A stretch of DNA of 64,000 nt from Cirrosporium novae-zelandiae (lineage: Eukaryota), in contig JAPETS010000011.1 in NCBI GenBank assembly GCA_026023565.1, positions 62,001 through 126,000 on the forward strand, given 5' to 3'. Positions within the stretch are counted from its first letter, which is position 1, and each line of letters begins with the position of its first letter. The notes under the pieces were generated by a model. That model did not search any database, had not been told where the DNA came from, and saw only the letters and a list, made by a program, of their open reading frames with translations. This document shows, one piece after another, positions 1 through 12,200 of the stretch. The translations under genes and the position numbers were made by a program.

Positions 1-492
1 TTTTTTTTCTGATATGATAGGATAGGATAGGATGGGGTGGGCTTTACTACTACCACTTCTATCTCCCTCCCTCCCTTCCTCCCTCCCTTACCTATCTTTA
101 TATCTTTATACCCTCCTCCTCACACACACACACATACACACACATACACATACACCTCAGTCAGTCAATCAGTCAGTCCCACATTTATAATCCCAGTCCC
201 TCTTCTCATCCTGATCCTCATCCTCTTACCCTCTAACATAATAAACCACAAATAACCTACCTACCCTTTCCATTTCCATTTTTACTTTTTTTTTTAAAAA
301 AAAAAAAAAATCTTGATATACTACTTACTACCTAGATATATAATATAAAAAAAAAAATACTTCCATCAAATATCAAATTTCATATTCATTTAATCTTATT
401 TATTTAATTTTATAGCTTTATAAAGTTAAATACCAACAACGGTCCTCCTAATCCCCTCTTTTTACCTTTACTTTCTTTTTCTTTCATCCACT

Positions 493-518
<26 letters not shown>
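493..518. repeat. C26 homopolymer
   Basis: 26 consecutive C, read directly. Confidence 0.95.
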
Positions 519-526
<8 letters not shown>

Positions 527-818
527 TCCAAAAATTTTCTATATAAATTTATTTATCAATATATACACCTCAACATATCCCCCAGTCAAAATCACGTAAG
601 CGATTCAAGGAAACGTGGTAGTATAGTTGGTTAATTAATTAATAATTAGAGATATCTATTTCTGTTTTTATTTTTCAATATTTTTTTTTATATATGATTT
701 TTTTTTTTTTATTATTGGTTGATTAAATGTGGGAGTTTAGGGAGTTTAAGGGTTGGAATTGAGAATTGGGGATGAAGTTGTATATGCTTCTAAGAATCTA
801 TCCATCCACTTCAACCAA

Positions 819-2855
819 CTACCCACACCCTCCACCTCCCCTCCCTTCCCCTTTCCCCCCCCTAACCCAAACCCAATCCCCCTCCTCTCCCCCATCCTCC
901 CTCCGAACCCACCTAACCCTGTGCAACGGAATCCAGCCCTCCTCCTCAAACATGCCCACCCCCTTCCACTCCGCCATCGGAATCTCCAAAACTCGATCCT
1001 CGAACCGGTCTTCATAGCCAATGTAATATGCGTATGGGATTCCGGTTGAGGGGTTGTGCGTGTAGAGGGGGTCGTGGTGGAGGCGGGAGAGGATTTGATG
1101 GATTGGGGTTGTGGGGGGGAGGAGGGCAGGTTTAGATGGGGGGGTTAGGGTCGGGGTCGGGGTTGAGGGGGGGAGGAAGGTTGTTGGTGGGAGGGGGGGC
1201 AGGCTTGTTGGCGGTGGGAGGGGCCGTGTTGGGGTGATGGTCGTCGTGTGGCTGTTTAGTTGGGAGTTGGGGATTAGTGACAGGGAGATGTGGGTTGTGG
1301 ATGCCGTGGTGGTGGTGGTGGGCGTCGCTGTTGCGGTTGCGGTTGCGGTTTCGAGGGCCGAGGTGAGGAGGTTTGAGAGGGCTTGGTTGATCGTGCTGGT
1401 TTTGTGTTTGTGTTTTTGATTTTGTTTTTGTTTGTCGTTGGAGTGTTCCTGGGGTATTGCGTAGCCGCAGCCGACTAGGAAGAATGTGTTTTCTTCGTCG
1501 TTTGAGCCGTCATTGTCGTTGTTGTCGTCGTTGTCGTTGCTACTACTACTATTTTGTTTCTCGCATAACATCGCAGGCCAGATCCTAGGCTTCAGGACAG
1601 GGATACCATCATCGTTGCTTTTCCTTCCATCGATACTTTGGACAAACACAGCGCATGTCCTTTCAGCGATATCCACGAACCGTGCGAAATCGGGATTAGA
1701 GTTTGAATGCGTGCCGAAATACTGCGTGTGGATTTGGATGTAGGATGAATATGAGCCGAGGAATGTAGAGAGGGGGGTTGATGATGATGGAGAAGCGGGG
1801 GGATTGGGATCGGCGTTGGCTTTGGCTTCGGCTTCGGCTTGGATGGAGGAGAAGATTGCTTCGCTGCAGGAAAAGGGGATGGATGCGGCGAGGTTGAGGG
1901 ATGGAGCGCGGATTGATAGAACGGTTAGATTTGTCGGGTGAAGATTTGTGGGCGGTATTATTGATGGGTCTACAATAGGTTCGGTCTTCCAGGGGAATTT
2001 GGGATAGTAGCTAAAGAACTTGCTTGTGAGTTCTGACGGGCTGAACGTTGATTCGTTGCATTCATCACCTGCTTCGATACACTTCTTGAAGACGTGCGAG
2101 AGCATTAGAACCAGCACGTCGTCGGTGAGGTATCCAAAGGTCGAGGAGAATATCCCATGGTCTATCGCCCATCGACGAAGGTTAGAAAAGGCTGATCGGA
2201 AGGTCTCCTGTTGGGGAAGAGTTTCGAGGAGATATACTGCGTCGAGGTAACGGTTGAGCTTTCGTCTAGCAAATAATGTGCCACGGTTGAATAACGGGTC
2301 TGTGAGTGGGAGGCTGCGGAGTGTGATCCAGTTTGAGCTGGGGAAGTTAGCACGTTTCTGATATCCTAGTTGCATGGCGAAAATTATATATACAGGGATG
2401 GCAGACATTCCACAGTAAAAGTTGATAAAGTTGATACAAGTTGACAAGTAAAATAACAAGCCTCACCGTCTAGATATTTCACTACACAGATACTGGATTC
2501 GAAACTCTCTCCCCTGAACATCAACCCCAAGCATAACAGTAGCATCCTTATCGGCCCTCAAAATCCTCACTCGTTTCTCCTTTCCCTCCCCAGCTAGCTG
2601 TAACCGTTCGCCGGCTAGCTGGAAAAAGGTACCCTGGGAGCTCGTCCCAATGCATAAACAATCGAGAGCACAAGAAGGAAAATGGCAGAGGCCCAACGCA
2701 AAGGTTCCAATGGGGGCCAGGATAAAAGATCCTTGTCTGGTATCTGAAGAAAAAGAAGTTATGCCGGAATCTGTGAGGGGTTCGGGACTTGCGTCATCAA
2801 AGAGAATGGTTGAGAGGAGATGGAAATTTTCTTGGACTGGAACAATAGTCGCCAT
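819..2855 (-). CDS. Poly(A) polymerase-like nucleotidyltransferase/PAP-central domain protein with C-terminal MJ1316 (RNA cyclic-end recognition, DUF504) domain; ~635 aa, 2 exons (2855-2467, 2337-819)
   Basis: Exon 1 carries the NTase-like IGTFALG..ALDCLCIG..FFQLA. Intron 2466-2338 has a GTGAGG donor, GCTAAC branch and CCCAG acceptor, and phases join correctly. Exon 2 has the PAP-central motifs LRRWAIDHGIFSSTFGYL and FFSYYPKFPW, and the C-terminal MJ1316-type motifs ILSRLHHDP..YYIGYEDRF..IPLHRVRWVR..VW. Confidence 0.85.
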
Positions 2856-3526
2856 GATTAATTTCTTTTTAGAGGTGTATATTGGTAAAAATTCAATGAA
2901 AGAAAGAGAGCAATTGTCCTGCCTGGATCTGCCGCAATTATAAGAACCCTCTCAAATGCTTCAAAAAAGAACACAAAACACAATCCTAGTTATTGACACC
3001 CTAGACTTTCTTTCTGACTCATAATTATAAGAGTATCAATTTCTATAATCAACCGTAGATAAAAACACAGCAAAGGAACGTGAAGCATGACCTGAGTCAC
3101 TCACAAAAGCACCGCCTTGAAGGATTCCCCGCTTGCACACCTGATTGATGACTCCTCAAACTCAGTTTTATCATGTTATTGGCTACCATTAGACTAGCCC
3201 TCGACCGTATTGCTGCACATCAATTACTCGAGAAAAAAGAAATAGAAATGAAGCCTTTATCCTTGTCTGAACGAAATTGCCGTGGATGATAAGGTAGTAC
3301 ACTATTGCTACTGGTAATGACACACCTCTAAATTATATGTATTGTGCAAGTGTTGCAGGTTCATTCATTATTGTATTCTATAGAGGGAGTAGTAGGACAA
3401 GTGTTTCGGTTCATTCAGTATTATATTCTATCACAGGAGTAGCACGACAAGTCTATCATACATAACCAAAACAGACCAAAAAGATAGACAGTCTATCCAT
3501 CTATAAAGCTCTTAACATGTACTCGC

Positions 3527-4766
3527 TCATTCCTTCTTTTTTCCCTTTCCCTTCTTCTCCCTCATCTTCATAAGTGCCTCTCCCCCAATTCCCCCAAAAA
3601 CTAGCCCTACCCCAACCCACTGCATTCCGCTAAGCCGATGTCCGAACCAAATCACGCTGAGCACCATAGTCAACATCTTTCGGGTAACGGTAACCGTGAC
3701 GAGCAAGACGCTAGAAAAACGCTCGAGGGTTACATAAATAAAAATTTGACCAATGGCGCCGCAGAGGGAGAAGAGGAGCACGTCTTTTAAGACCGAGGGG
3801 TAGTTTGTTAGGAATGTAAGGGCTGCCGGGAGTTCGGCCGGGGCAGAGGCTGAAGTTGTCGGGAGGAGGGCGGAGAGTATTGGCACTGGAAAGGCACCGA
3901 GGAGGAGGTAGGATAGTTGGAGGAGAGTGGAGAGCAAGTTTTGCGCGACCATCATTTGAGGCCCCGTAAACGGACGGAAGGCTGTAAAGATGTGGTCTTG
4001 GGTGCTGTTTGTGAGGCCGTCGAACAGGAGGTTAATTCCTAGTAGAAAAAGCCCCCATACGCTGTTGCCCGTGTGCAACGAAGATGATTTTTTCTTGCCG
4101 CTGGGTGGGTGGTTCAGAGTGAAGATGGCGACGCCGGCGGTGACAAGTGCCACGACGGCATACTTATAGAGAGGATACCGTTTGCGAAAGATGGTGAGGT
4201 GTAGGAACATGACCGGAAGTAGCTTGCAGCTCTTGGCCAGAATGAAGGTTATGTAGTCGACATGGTTGAGAGAAGCATAGCCAAAGGGACTTGCGAGGGA
4301 TGAGGTTATAGAGACGAGGATGAGAGGAGGGAGGATGGATCGCGTGGGGAAGACGGAGGTGTTCGTCCCCTTTGACGAGCGCCGGGTGTAGAGTAGGTAT
4401 AGGTAGCCGGAGAGGGCGGCGAGGGTCGATTGGACCGTGTTTAGAAAGACGGAAAATGTGAATTGTTCGGGGGATGCGGGATCCCCGTGAGGAGTGGTTG
4501 TGATGCGCTCTTGGAGGGCCGCCCAGGTCAGACTATGCGATCAGATAAACATTAGTTTGAAGCATCTAGAATTGGGAGGTAGGGTATAAAGCGTACAAGG
4601 ATGCATAGATTCCACCGACACATAATACCAATTGGACGAAGCCCGCTTCGGCCTTGGTTGGCGGTGATGATGGCTCAACGGCTACACCATTAGCAGAGAA
4701 GCCTTTGACCACACCGTTGGCGTGGTGCTTGGCTGCCCCGTTCATCTGCCTCGTTTTAGCAGACAT
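3527..4766 (-). CDS. HUT1: UDP-galactose transporter homolog 1 (UAA family nucleotide-sugar transporter); 391 aa, 2 exons (4766-4597, 4532-3527)
   Basis: Motifs GIYASF/LTWAALQER, LAKSCKLLPVMFLH, LLFDGLTNSTQD and VTVTVTRKMLTM, plus a C-terminal di-lysine ER signal (KKKE). The 64-nt intron 4596-4533 (GTACGC...ATAG) restores the frame. Confidence 0.93.
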
Positions 4767-5554
4767 GTCCTATAGTTTCTATCGACCCAAAGAGTTGGAA
4801 GGTTCGAGGAATAATAGTGAATATCCGAGGCTGGAAAAAGTTGGGTTTTGAAGTGAATAATGATCAAGCTCCCACGCAATTGTATATTAATGGCATGAAG
4901 CCATTTGCGACAAAGCGATAACGGATCAACGAGTGACTGTGATATATTATCTCAAGTTGAGGGGCCTCGGGTAGAATGAAAGACGGGATTAGTAGAGCTG
5001 AAGGTGACAAATATATATATATATATATATATCCGGAGGTTGGTGTTGACATGTGTCCTATTTGATTTAATTAAACATCAGCCAGATTTGGGCTGTGCAC
5101 CTCATCTGACATTCCATTTTCAAACCGTTTCATATTCAAATACTTCAAATTCTTAAAAGGAAGCCGATCTTTGGTAATTCACACTTTATCAATGGATTAG
5201 TGTATCATTGATTAATTGACATTATCCGGCCGAAGGATATATTTATCCATGTTGTATTCTCTACATGGAACTCTACATGGAATCATCTCCCTTTTGAAGA
5301 CCAAGTACCTGGAGATCCAATACAAAATTGTTCCGTCATCAAATCTTTTGAAATATTTAGCAGTTCCCTATGTTCCCTACCAGTTACTAGTACCCACAGA
5401 AAAGAGTTCCGTCTTAAAACGAAGCTTATAATGCCCTTCATCCATACCCCTCCAAAGCGACAAGTACATGGTGTTGATAGCAAATATTTCCTAATATCCA
5501 ATCCCCATCATTTTACCTAAGCTATCATCTGTACCCACCTGAACTCGCCATTCA

Positions 5555-5932
5555 ATGTCCTCGCCAAACCCCAAGCCCACTTATCTCTACAAAATCCTCC
5601 CCGCATCACCTCCCGATCCACTTCCTATGGCCCTCCCGCTTTCTCCTCTCGACGCCAAAGACGGATTCATTCATCTCTCCACGGCAATCCAGGTTCCCGA
5701 AACCGCATCGCGATTCTTCACGACCAGCGAATTCCTATGCTTACTGAAGATTCCGCTCAAGAGGCTCGAGGATGGTGACGGAGAGGTCAAATGGGAGGAA
5801 AGCGGGAGTCATGGTGTATTTCCACACTTGTATGGTGGGAATCTTGGCAAGGCGGAGGTCGAGGACGTGATGAGACTTGAGAGGAAGAAAGGAGAAGCTT
5901 GGGATGGTGTGCTAGAGGGGAAGTTGGTTTGA
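5555..5932 (+). CDS. DUF952 domain protein, 125 aa, intronless
   Basis: Family motifs YLYKI, SPLDAKDGFIHLST, QVPETA.RFF, VKWE and FPHLYG. Confidence 0.9.
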   Translation: MSSPNPKPTYLYKILPASPPDPLPMALPLSPLDAKDGFIHLSTAIQVPETASRFFTTSEFLCLLKIPLKRLEDGDGEVKWEESGSHGVFPHLYGGNLGKAEVEDVMRLERKKGEAWDGVLEGKLV

Positions 5933-7130
5933 TGTTTTGTCGTATTCGGGTTTCGATCGCGGCGAGATTTGCAGATGTCTCTCCTATTCCCAAAGGAGTC
6001 AGAGATGTATGAAATTCTATTCGATGTCATCATGATCAGGACTAACACGATCTTAGTCTTTTAGAAAGAAAATGGCGAGATAAATGAGATAGAAGATATA
6101 AAGACCCCTTTCTTGATCATTCGATTAACTACCTATACATTCAACGTGTTCCAACATCGTGGAGGTTTTATTTAACCAGTGTGCCGACTCGGAAGATTGC
6201 TATATATTCCAGGAGGATCTTCCGTCTAATGTATATCATACAGAAAGACAGTCAATAAAAGCAAAAGCCTGATGAGATGGTGGTAGAACATTAGGAAAGG
6301 AATGACTAAGTGAAGGAGGTCTAGATTTATGAATAGATCGATAAAGTGATAATTGATATACTTATCCTAGTCGGTCATTCTAGATATCATTAGATTTAAC
6401 CCTTGGAAAGAAGTCCAGGCCTTTGCAACAACCCAAATCAATATAGTCGGGTAGCCAGACTTGGAAAAATTCCAAGGTTCAATGATTAACCTACGTACAC
6501 TCATAAAAGTTGGAGCATATATTTCTAATTGAATGTCTGCTATTTCTAGGCAATTAGAATGTATGGCGTGAAGAGTCGGCATCAAATCCCATGATCTAAT
6601 ACCAAACTACAATCACTGCAACCAACTGATTGCATCATCATTCGGATAAAACTATCGACAAACCTTCCTATTCGCCTCATCCTTGTCGTCTCCCGTTCAA
6701 AGGATTCCGACGCCCTCTTTATCCAATACCTCCCCCTCTCCGAATACTGTAGGGAAACTACCATTACAGCAAAGCGAATGAGGCCGTAATACTTCATTTT
6801 TCGTGCCAACAGAAAAAAACAGACGTTTTCCATACCCCCAGAGCTATAAGAAACAAAACAAGAAAATGGGGAATAGAAACTATCCAGAGTGCAGGTGATG
6901 CGAATGCGAATGCGAACAATTGCGTACTAATACAGGGTTTATTTAGAAACAGAATTTCTAAGTTCAGCCACCAAAGGGCCGACGGAGCAAGGCACTCCAG
7001 GACGCCTTGCTAGAAATGAAAATATGCATAAAAAAGCGAAAGGTAGGGTAGGTGTGGCCGAAGGTGTAGGGGGCTCAGTGTTTAGAGTTTGTCTTTCATT
7101 TCGGACGTTTGAAAATTCGTTTAGGACCGC

Positions 7131-9251
7131 TCATGTCAGAATAGCCTCCCGAAGATATCTGAAACTCGAGCTTTCTCTCTCTCCATTCTCTATCTCATTG
7201 GATCTCGTCCGTTGAATTTCGGATGGGGTAAGATTTCCATGAACATCTCTCTCCAGTACATCCCACAGACTCCTCGTAATCGGCGCTTCTCCTCTATGCA
7301 CAGGACTTCTTGGGTCATTTTTCCCTTTGAGAAATGTAGTAGGGCTGGCCAACGAGCGAGGATCATTTCCCATACCATCAAATATGCTTGACATGGCAAG
7401 GTCACCGGCAGGGTTCATGCATTGATGGAAGGGGTTTTCTGTAAACGTTGCTGCTCTAGGCGAGAAAAGTGCTGGGGTGTTTGGAATCTCTCCAGCCATT
7501 TGTGCGACCTTTGTCCGGAACTCACTCAGCTGATAGATCAAACTCATGTTTGGACCAATCCAGCGGCTACGTTCTTTAACCGCATCATATGCTTCCTGTA
7601 CAGACAAACGAGGATTACGGTAGAGACCATATGCGACAATCAATGTAGCAGAGCGAGAGACACCGCATTGACAGTGGACCAGAACACGCAGGCCACGGCG
7701 AACGGCACGATCTTCAATCAGAGCACATAGAGAAAGCATGTCATCAACAATGTCCGAATGATGGTCCCAAGGGAAGTGCATATATTCTGGATTCTTTTTT
7801 GCAGAGGCTGGTCTTGGGGTCTGGGGTGAAGGCGGCTGAACACATGTGGTGGGGATCATGTCGAAAGCGGTTTTGAAGGAGGCCGTAGATATGGCAGTTT
7901 GAGGTTCTGAGTGCTCTGATGCAGCTGGGGATCTACTTGAAGTATTCCTGGTCGATTTGGGAGAAGTCGGTTGCGATATGGGATTTGATAAGACGAATGG
8001 GTTTCTGACTTCACGGGCAACATTGATGACTACGTCAAATTGAGATGCTTCCGGCGCAGTTGGTTCGAAATAGAGGTAAATATTTGGCTCGTAGATGCAT
8101 ACAGGCCCCTGAGGATAAGTTGGTGACTTGGCTTCCTGTGACAAAGGGGGCTCGTAGTAAATGTCGTCTCGATAATCCCGAGCTTGCTGTTCTCGAATCG
8201 AATCGTCGGATGCAAGGCTCGAAGTCGACCGCGACGTTGGTAATCGACCCATGGGCAAGGGCTTGGCCTCATTCACTGCAGGTAGTTGCATCCCACCAGC
8301 TGGGCCAACCGCTGGGGACATAATAGGTAAAGACGGTGATGACTGCACATGATGGAGTCCGCTTGGTTTTGATATCGATGGGGTTGGTGGAACCAGAGCA
8401 GATTGACTGGCGGCGGCAAAAGTTGTGGTATTATAAGCTGGTGTTTGGATTGTAAGTCCAATATTACTTCGTCGTCTTACTGGTTTTGGTGGAACAATAA
8501 AGGATGGGGATGGATATTCGGTCAATGTGCGCTTTTGTTGAGGCTCAAGAAAGGAGGAAGTCTTGACGGATGTTGGCATCAGATGGGATGGTCTTGATCC
8601 TGGGCACAGAGAGCTCAAATTCAATGAGAGATTCTTTGTGTTCCGGAACTTTTTGGCGGGCGACTCTGGCGTCGAACCACTCAAGTTGGAAAGATGTCCC
8701 AATCCGGTCTCGTCGCTCGGTGAATCACCCATCGCCATGCTTCTAAATGCTGACAGGGGAACTATCGCTATCGGCGACTCGGGGGAAGAACTTGGTGAAG
8801 GATCAGTTATTGAAGATGAGTCCAGCGTTGAGACTGTGGTTGTAGGCGAAGAATCCGCTGATCCCGAGTTTATAGAACTTTCGCTACCACGGTGTAGAAA
8901 TGGAGGTAATGGTGGCAGATAGTCTGTTTGAGAAGCCTGAAGCGTTTGACCTGCAGTCCTGCTGCAGAGTTGGCCATCTGAAAACATATTCTGTCTTGTG
9001 CCCATCTTTTCATCTCCACCAAACACTGACATGAATGAAGGAAGTGAGGTCAGGAGCGATGGCTGTGTTTGAATGGCTGGCAACCTTTCTTCTGGTCGTG
9101 ATTCAGTCATTGTTGATGCTGATCGGTCCATTTCGTAGATTGTACTGTGTTTGTTGAATTTCAACGAGGTCTCTTGCCAATCAGTAATCTCGGAAAACGA
9201 CCTTTTAAGACGTAGACTATCAGCAGTGTTCGGCGTACAAGGCGTTGCCAT
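7131..9251 (-). CDS. pmp1: Dual-specificity MAP-kinase phosphatase (Pmp1/Msg5 type), 706 aa
   Basis: Catalytic VHCQCGVSRS (HCX5R) motif, YPQGPVCIYEPNIYLY, VINVAREV, WDH acid loop, IGPNMSLIYQL, and N-terminal RNTKNLSLNL docking-like motif. A probable 3' splice site (ATTGAC..TTTCTTTTCGTCTCAG, ending 9277) lies just upstream of the ATG, so a 5' exon may exist. Confidence 0.9.
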   Translation of the reverse strand: MATPCTPNTADSLRLKRSFSEITDWQETSLKFNKHSTIYEMDRSASTMTESRPEERLPAIQTQPSLLTSLPSFMSVFGGDEKMGTRQNMFSDGQLCSRTAGQTLQASQTDYLPPLPPFLHRGSESSINSGSADSSPTTTVSTLDSSSITDPSPSSSPESPIAIVPLSAFRSMAMGDSPSDETGLGHLSNLSGSTPESPAKKFRNTKNLSLNLSSLCPGSRPSHLMPTSVKTSSFLEPQQKRTLTEYPSPSFIVPPKPVRRRSNIGLTIQTPAYNTTTFAAASQSALVPPTPSISKPSGLHHVQSSPSLPIMSPAVGPAGGMQLPAVNEAKPLPMGRLPTSRSTSSLASDDSIREQQARDYRDDIYYEPPLSQEAKSPTYPQGPVCIYEPNIYLYFEPTAPEASQFDVVINVAREVRNPFVLSNPISQPTSPKSTRNTSSRSPAASEHSEPQTAISTASFKTAFDMIPTTCVQPPSPQTPRPASAKKNPEYMHFPWDHHSDIVDDMLSLCALIEDRAVRRGLRVLVHCQCGVSRSATLIVAYGLYRNPRLSVQEAYDAVKERSRWIGPNMSLIYQLSEFRTKVAQMAGEIPNTPALFSPRAATFTENPFHQCMNPAGDLAMSSIFDGMGNDPRSLASPTTFLKGKNDPRSPVHRGEAPITRSLWDVLERDVHGNLTPSEIQRTRSNEIENGERESSSFRYLREAILT

Positions 9252-12200
9252 TTTGTGTATTATTCTTCGGACGCTGCTGAGACGAAAAGAAAGGTCAATC
9301 TCAAGTTGAGAAATATCTCAATGAAATCGAAGCCTTGATGGGGGAGTCCCGCAGTACCGGTAGCGGAGTGATTCTGCAAACAAACAGGGCACCGTGTGGG
9401 GAAAACGGCGAAGTGCAGGCAGCTGGGAAGTTACCTACCTCACACCCAAAGCTTTTCAAATCTGTAGCGACAAACGGATGATATTAAGTTGGCAATGAGC
9501 AATGTCACAGAATTGATTCAAGTTATGCGCTGAGCTTGAAGATGTCAGTAATGAAGATTGTTCAAGTATCCTTGCAAAACACCTCTTATGCGACACCAGG
9601 TCTGAGAGAAGGTTGATTATTGGGATCCAATTGCCATGGGCGCCAACGGCTAGTATCCAAACATTATTGATCGTGGTAAAATCTGCAGATAAGGTGGTGG
9701 TCGGTGAGTCCTTGGCTAGAGACTGGTTAGATGCGCCTACCCCCAGAGATGGAAGGATAGAAAAGCGCAAAGAATTTTCGTAGGAAGGGCCGAATGGCAA
9801 GGAGAATCTAGTTAAGTGGGGGGAGTCAGTGGTCAGCCAAGCGCTTCGATCAGGCAAAATCCAATGAAAGCCAACAATCAGAATGGATTGGGTCTCTGCA
9901 TGCATGCGTTTGACAGGCTAAATTTAGGCGCCCCTCTAAATCCTCAAAGGTATGGAGGTGCAGGGAACCATGGACGGTAGAATAATTTATCGAATGAATC
10001 AAGGAAAATAATATTCGAAACAAAGAGATGAACAAAGTCTGGCTCACCTGTCACGATCAAAGGATCCGATATGCTAGCGGGGAAAAGTCTTTGTAAACAA
10101 TGCGATCGATCTTATTGTATTTTGATTGATCGAAGAACCACTTTCTTGTCTATTCCACGAGCTTTTTCCAGCAGCCAGTTATTTTTTTTTTTCAAGTTCC
10201 TAAGCTCAGAATAATGTATCTACAACCATAACACCGATGATTTATCCAAAGGAATGTGAGAATCGAATAGTCGAGCGACTTTTTGTGACGTTGGGGTAGA
10301 AAGTTGAGACGCAACGTTGATTTAATTAAGCAGTTTTGATGAAGTATGACAACGTCGTAAAATCACTCCGGATATTAATTCAATTTGTCGTCGAAGAGGG
10401 TTGGATGAATTATCTTCACTGTCCGACCAAGCAGTACAGGTGAAGAAGTGTTTTAAAAGAGAATCAAAGGTGGGTTAATGGTTGGGGTATGGTATGTTGA
10501 TTATGAAGTCGGCGAGAAGGAGTCGACCAGGGTTTATTGAATATTCTACCAGGCACGACCTTGGGATTCGACTAAAGGTAAGAAAGGATAAAAAGGCTGA
10601 AGAAGATGAAAAGATGAATAGGGTCGTGGATGGGTCAAAGGGTCTTAGGTTGAAGATTGAGGATGGGTTGTGTTTTGAACTTGGAAGACTTTTGACAGGA
10701 CTTTCAGGCTGGGGAAGTGGAACTTTGATCGAGGCTTTTTTCTGGGTCGAGTGTTTTTTTTTTTTTTTTTCCCAGAGGTCGGGCTAGCAACACTGGGCAA
10801 CAGACTACTTTGTTTGGATCCAAGGTTTTTTTTCAAGGCCACACACGGACTTTCTCTTCTTTCTGCTCTCTCTTTCGCCCTCTTTGGCTCTCAGTTGGTC
10901 TGTTGGTCTTGTTGGCCTATTTTTGGGTTGAAGGCTGGTGTTTCAGTAAGCTCGGTTTCACCAATAACTGACCGAAACCAGTTATGGTGAGCCATTCAGG
11001 TCCGAGGAGCCAAGGAATTTCTAATTTCTCATCAACCTGGAACACATAAAACCCTATCATGATCAGATATACGCTTGGACCTACTGCTTGTAACTTGCCA
11101 CCGTCCCACCGTCCCACCCACGCTCTACGCTCCACGCTTTCTTTGCTTACACCCATCAACTCAATTCAACATGGACAATTCAATACAGTACATCAGTTAT
11201 CTGCTTTATCAAAACTATATACACATATCTCTTTTAACCTCGGTCAATTAATTATTATATCTACAAGTACACATCACCGTCCCTGTGTTGCATAATTAAA
11301 GGTTTCATCCAAAATCCTCCCCCCCAAAAAGTGGTCATTCTTCTCGACCATCGCGTCATTACAGGTAACTAAGCCCCCCCCCCCCCCCATGGTCCCTTGC
11401 TCAATATGCTTGGTACGCCATTCCATTCGTCATAGCCAAGAACCCTCCCCTTGAATCCAAAATCTTTCATATTCCGAAAACGGCTGCGCCCGATTCTCAC
11501 CCGTCCCCCTCCTTAGTTGACGTCTTGGCACCTATTCTGTTTTATGCATACAGCTATCTTGGGTTTGGCCTTCGGCTGAGCCTCTCTTTCGCATTAATAG
11601 GAGAAGACACCGTGGAGTCCTCGACACCTTTATTCAAAATCGAGGGGGAAAAAAAAGAAAAGAAATTTCCAGCTGTTCTAATTTCGGCCTTCTTGTCTGT
11701 TGTCTAAATTTCTTCACCCCAAATTATCCAAAAGTGCCGACGACCCATGATAAATTGTCGGGGGCTTCCCTGTTACCAAAAGTCACCATAGGCTAGGAGT
11801 TCATCGACAGACGATCCTGAAGTGGATACCTCTTAAAGTCCCCTTAGATTATCCTATGCCAAAGAGAATAAGTCTCCGACTGGACCGAGGCACTGGAGTC
11901 CTACACAGCTTTATTATCCATAGCATACTGTCTCATCCGAACTCATCGGATGTTTATCAACGGAGATACGGAGACAGTTTATATATCCCAGGTCCTTTAA
12001 ATTCCTCCTGACAATCTTCAAAACATAAAACGTAATAGTCCCTCCCCCTTGAGCCCTCACGTGCCCTCACATGTGCTGTACAAAAATCAAATCTACAAAA
12101 ATGACCGTAAACCTTCTCCACAGGTGGGAAAGACAAGGATAGGCAACCTACCTACCGTAGTTGGGACATGACGTTCTTCAATTTACCGTCCAATCTATCC

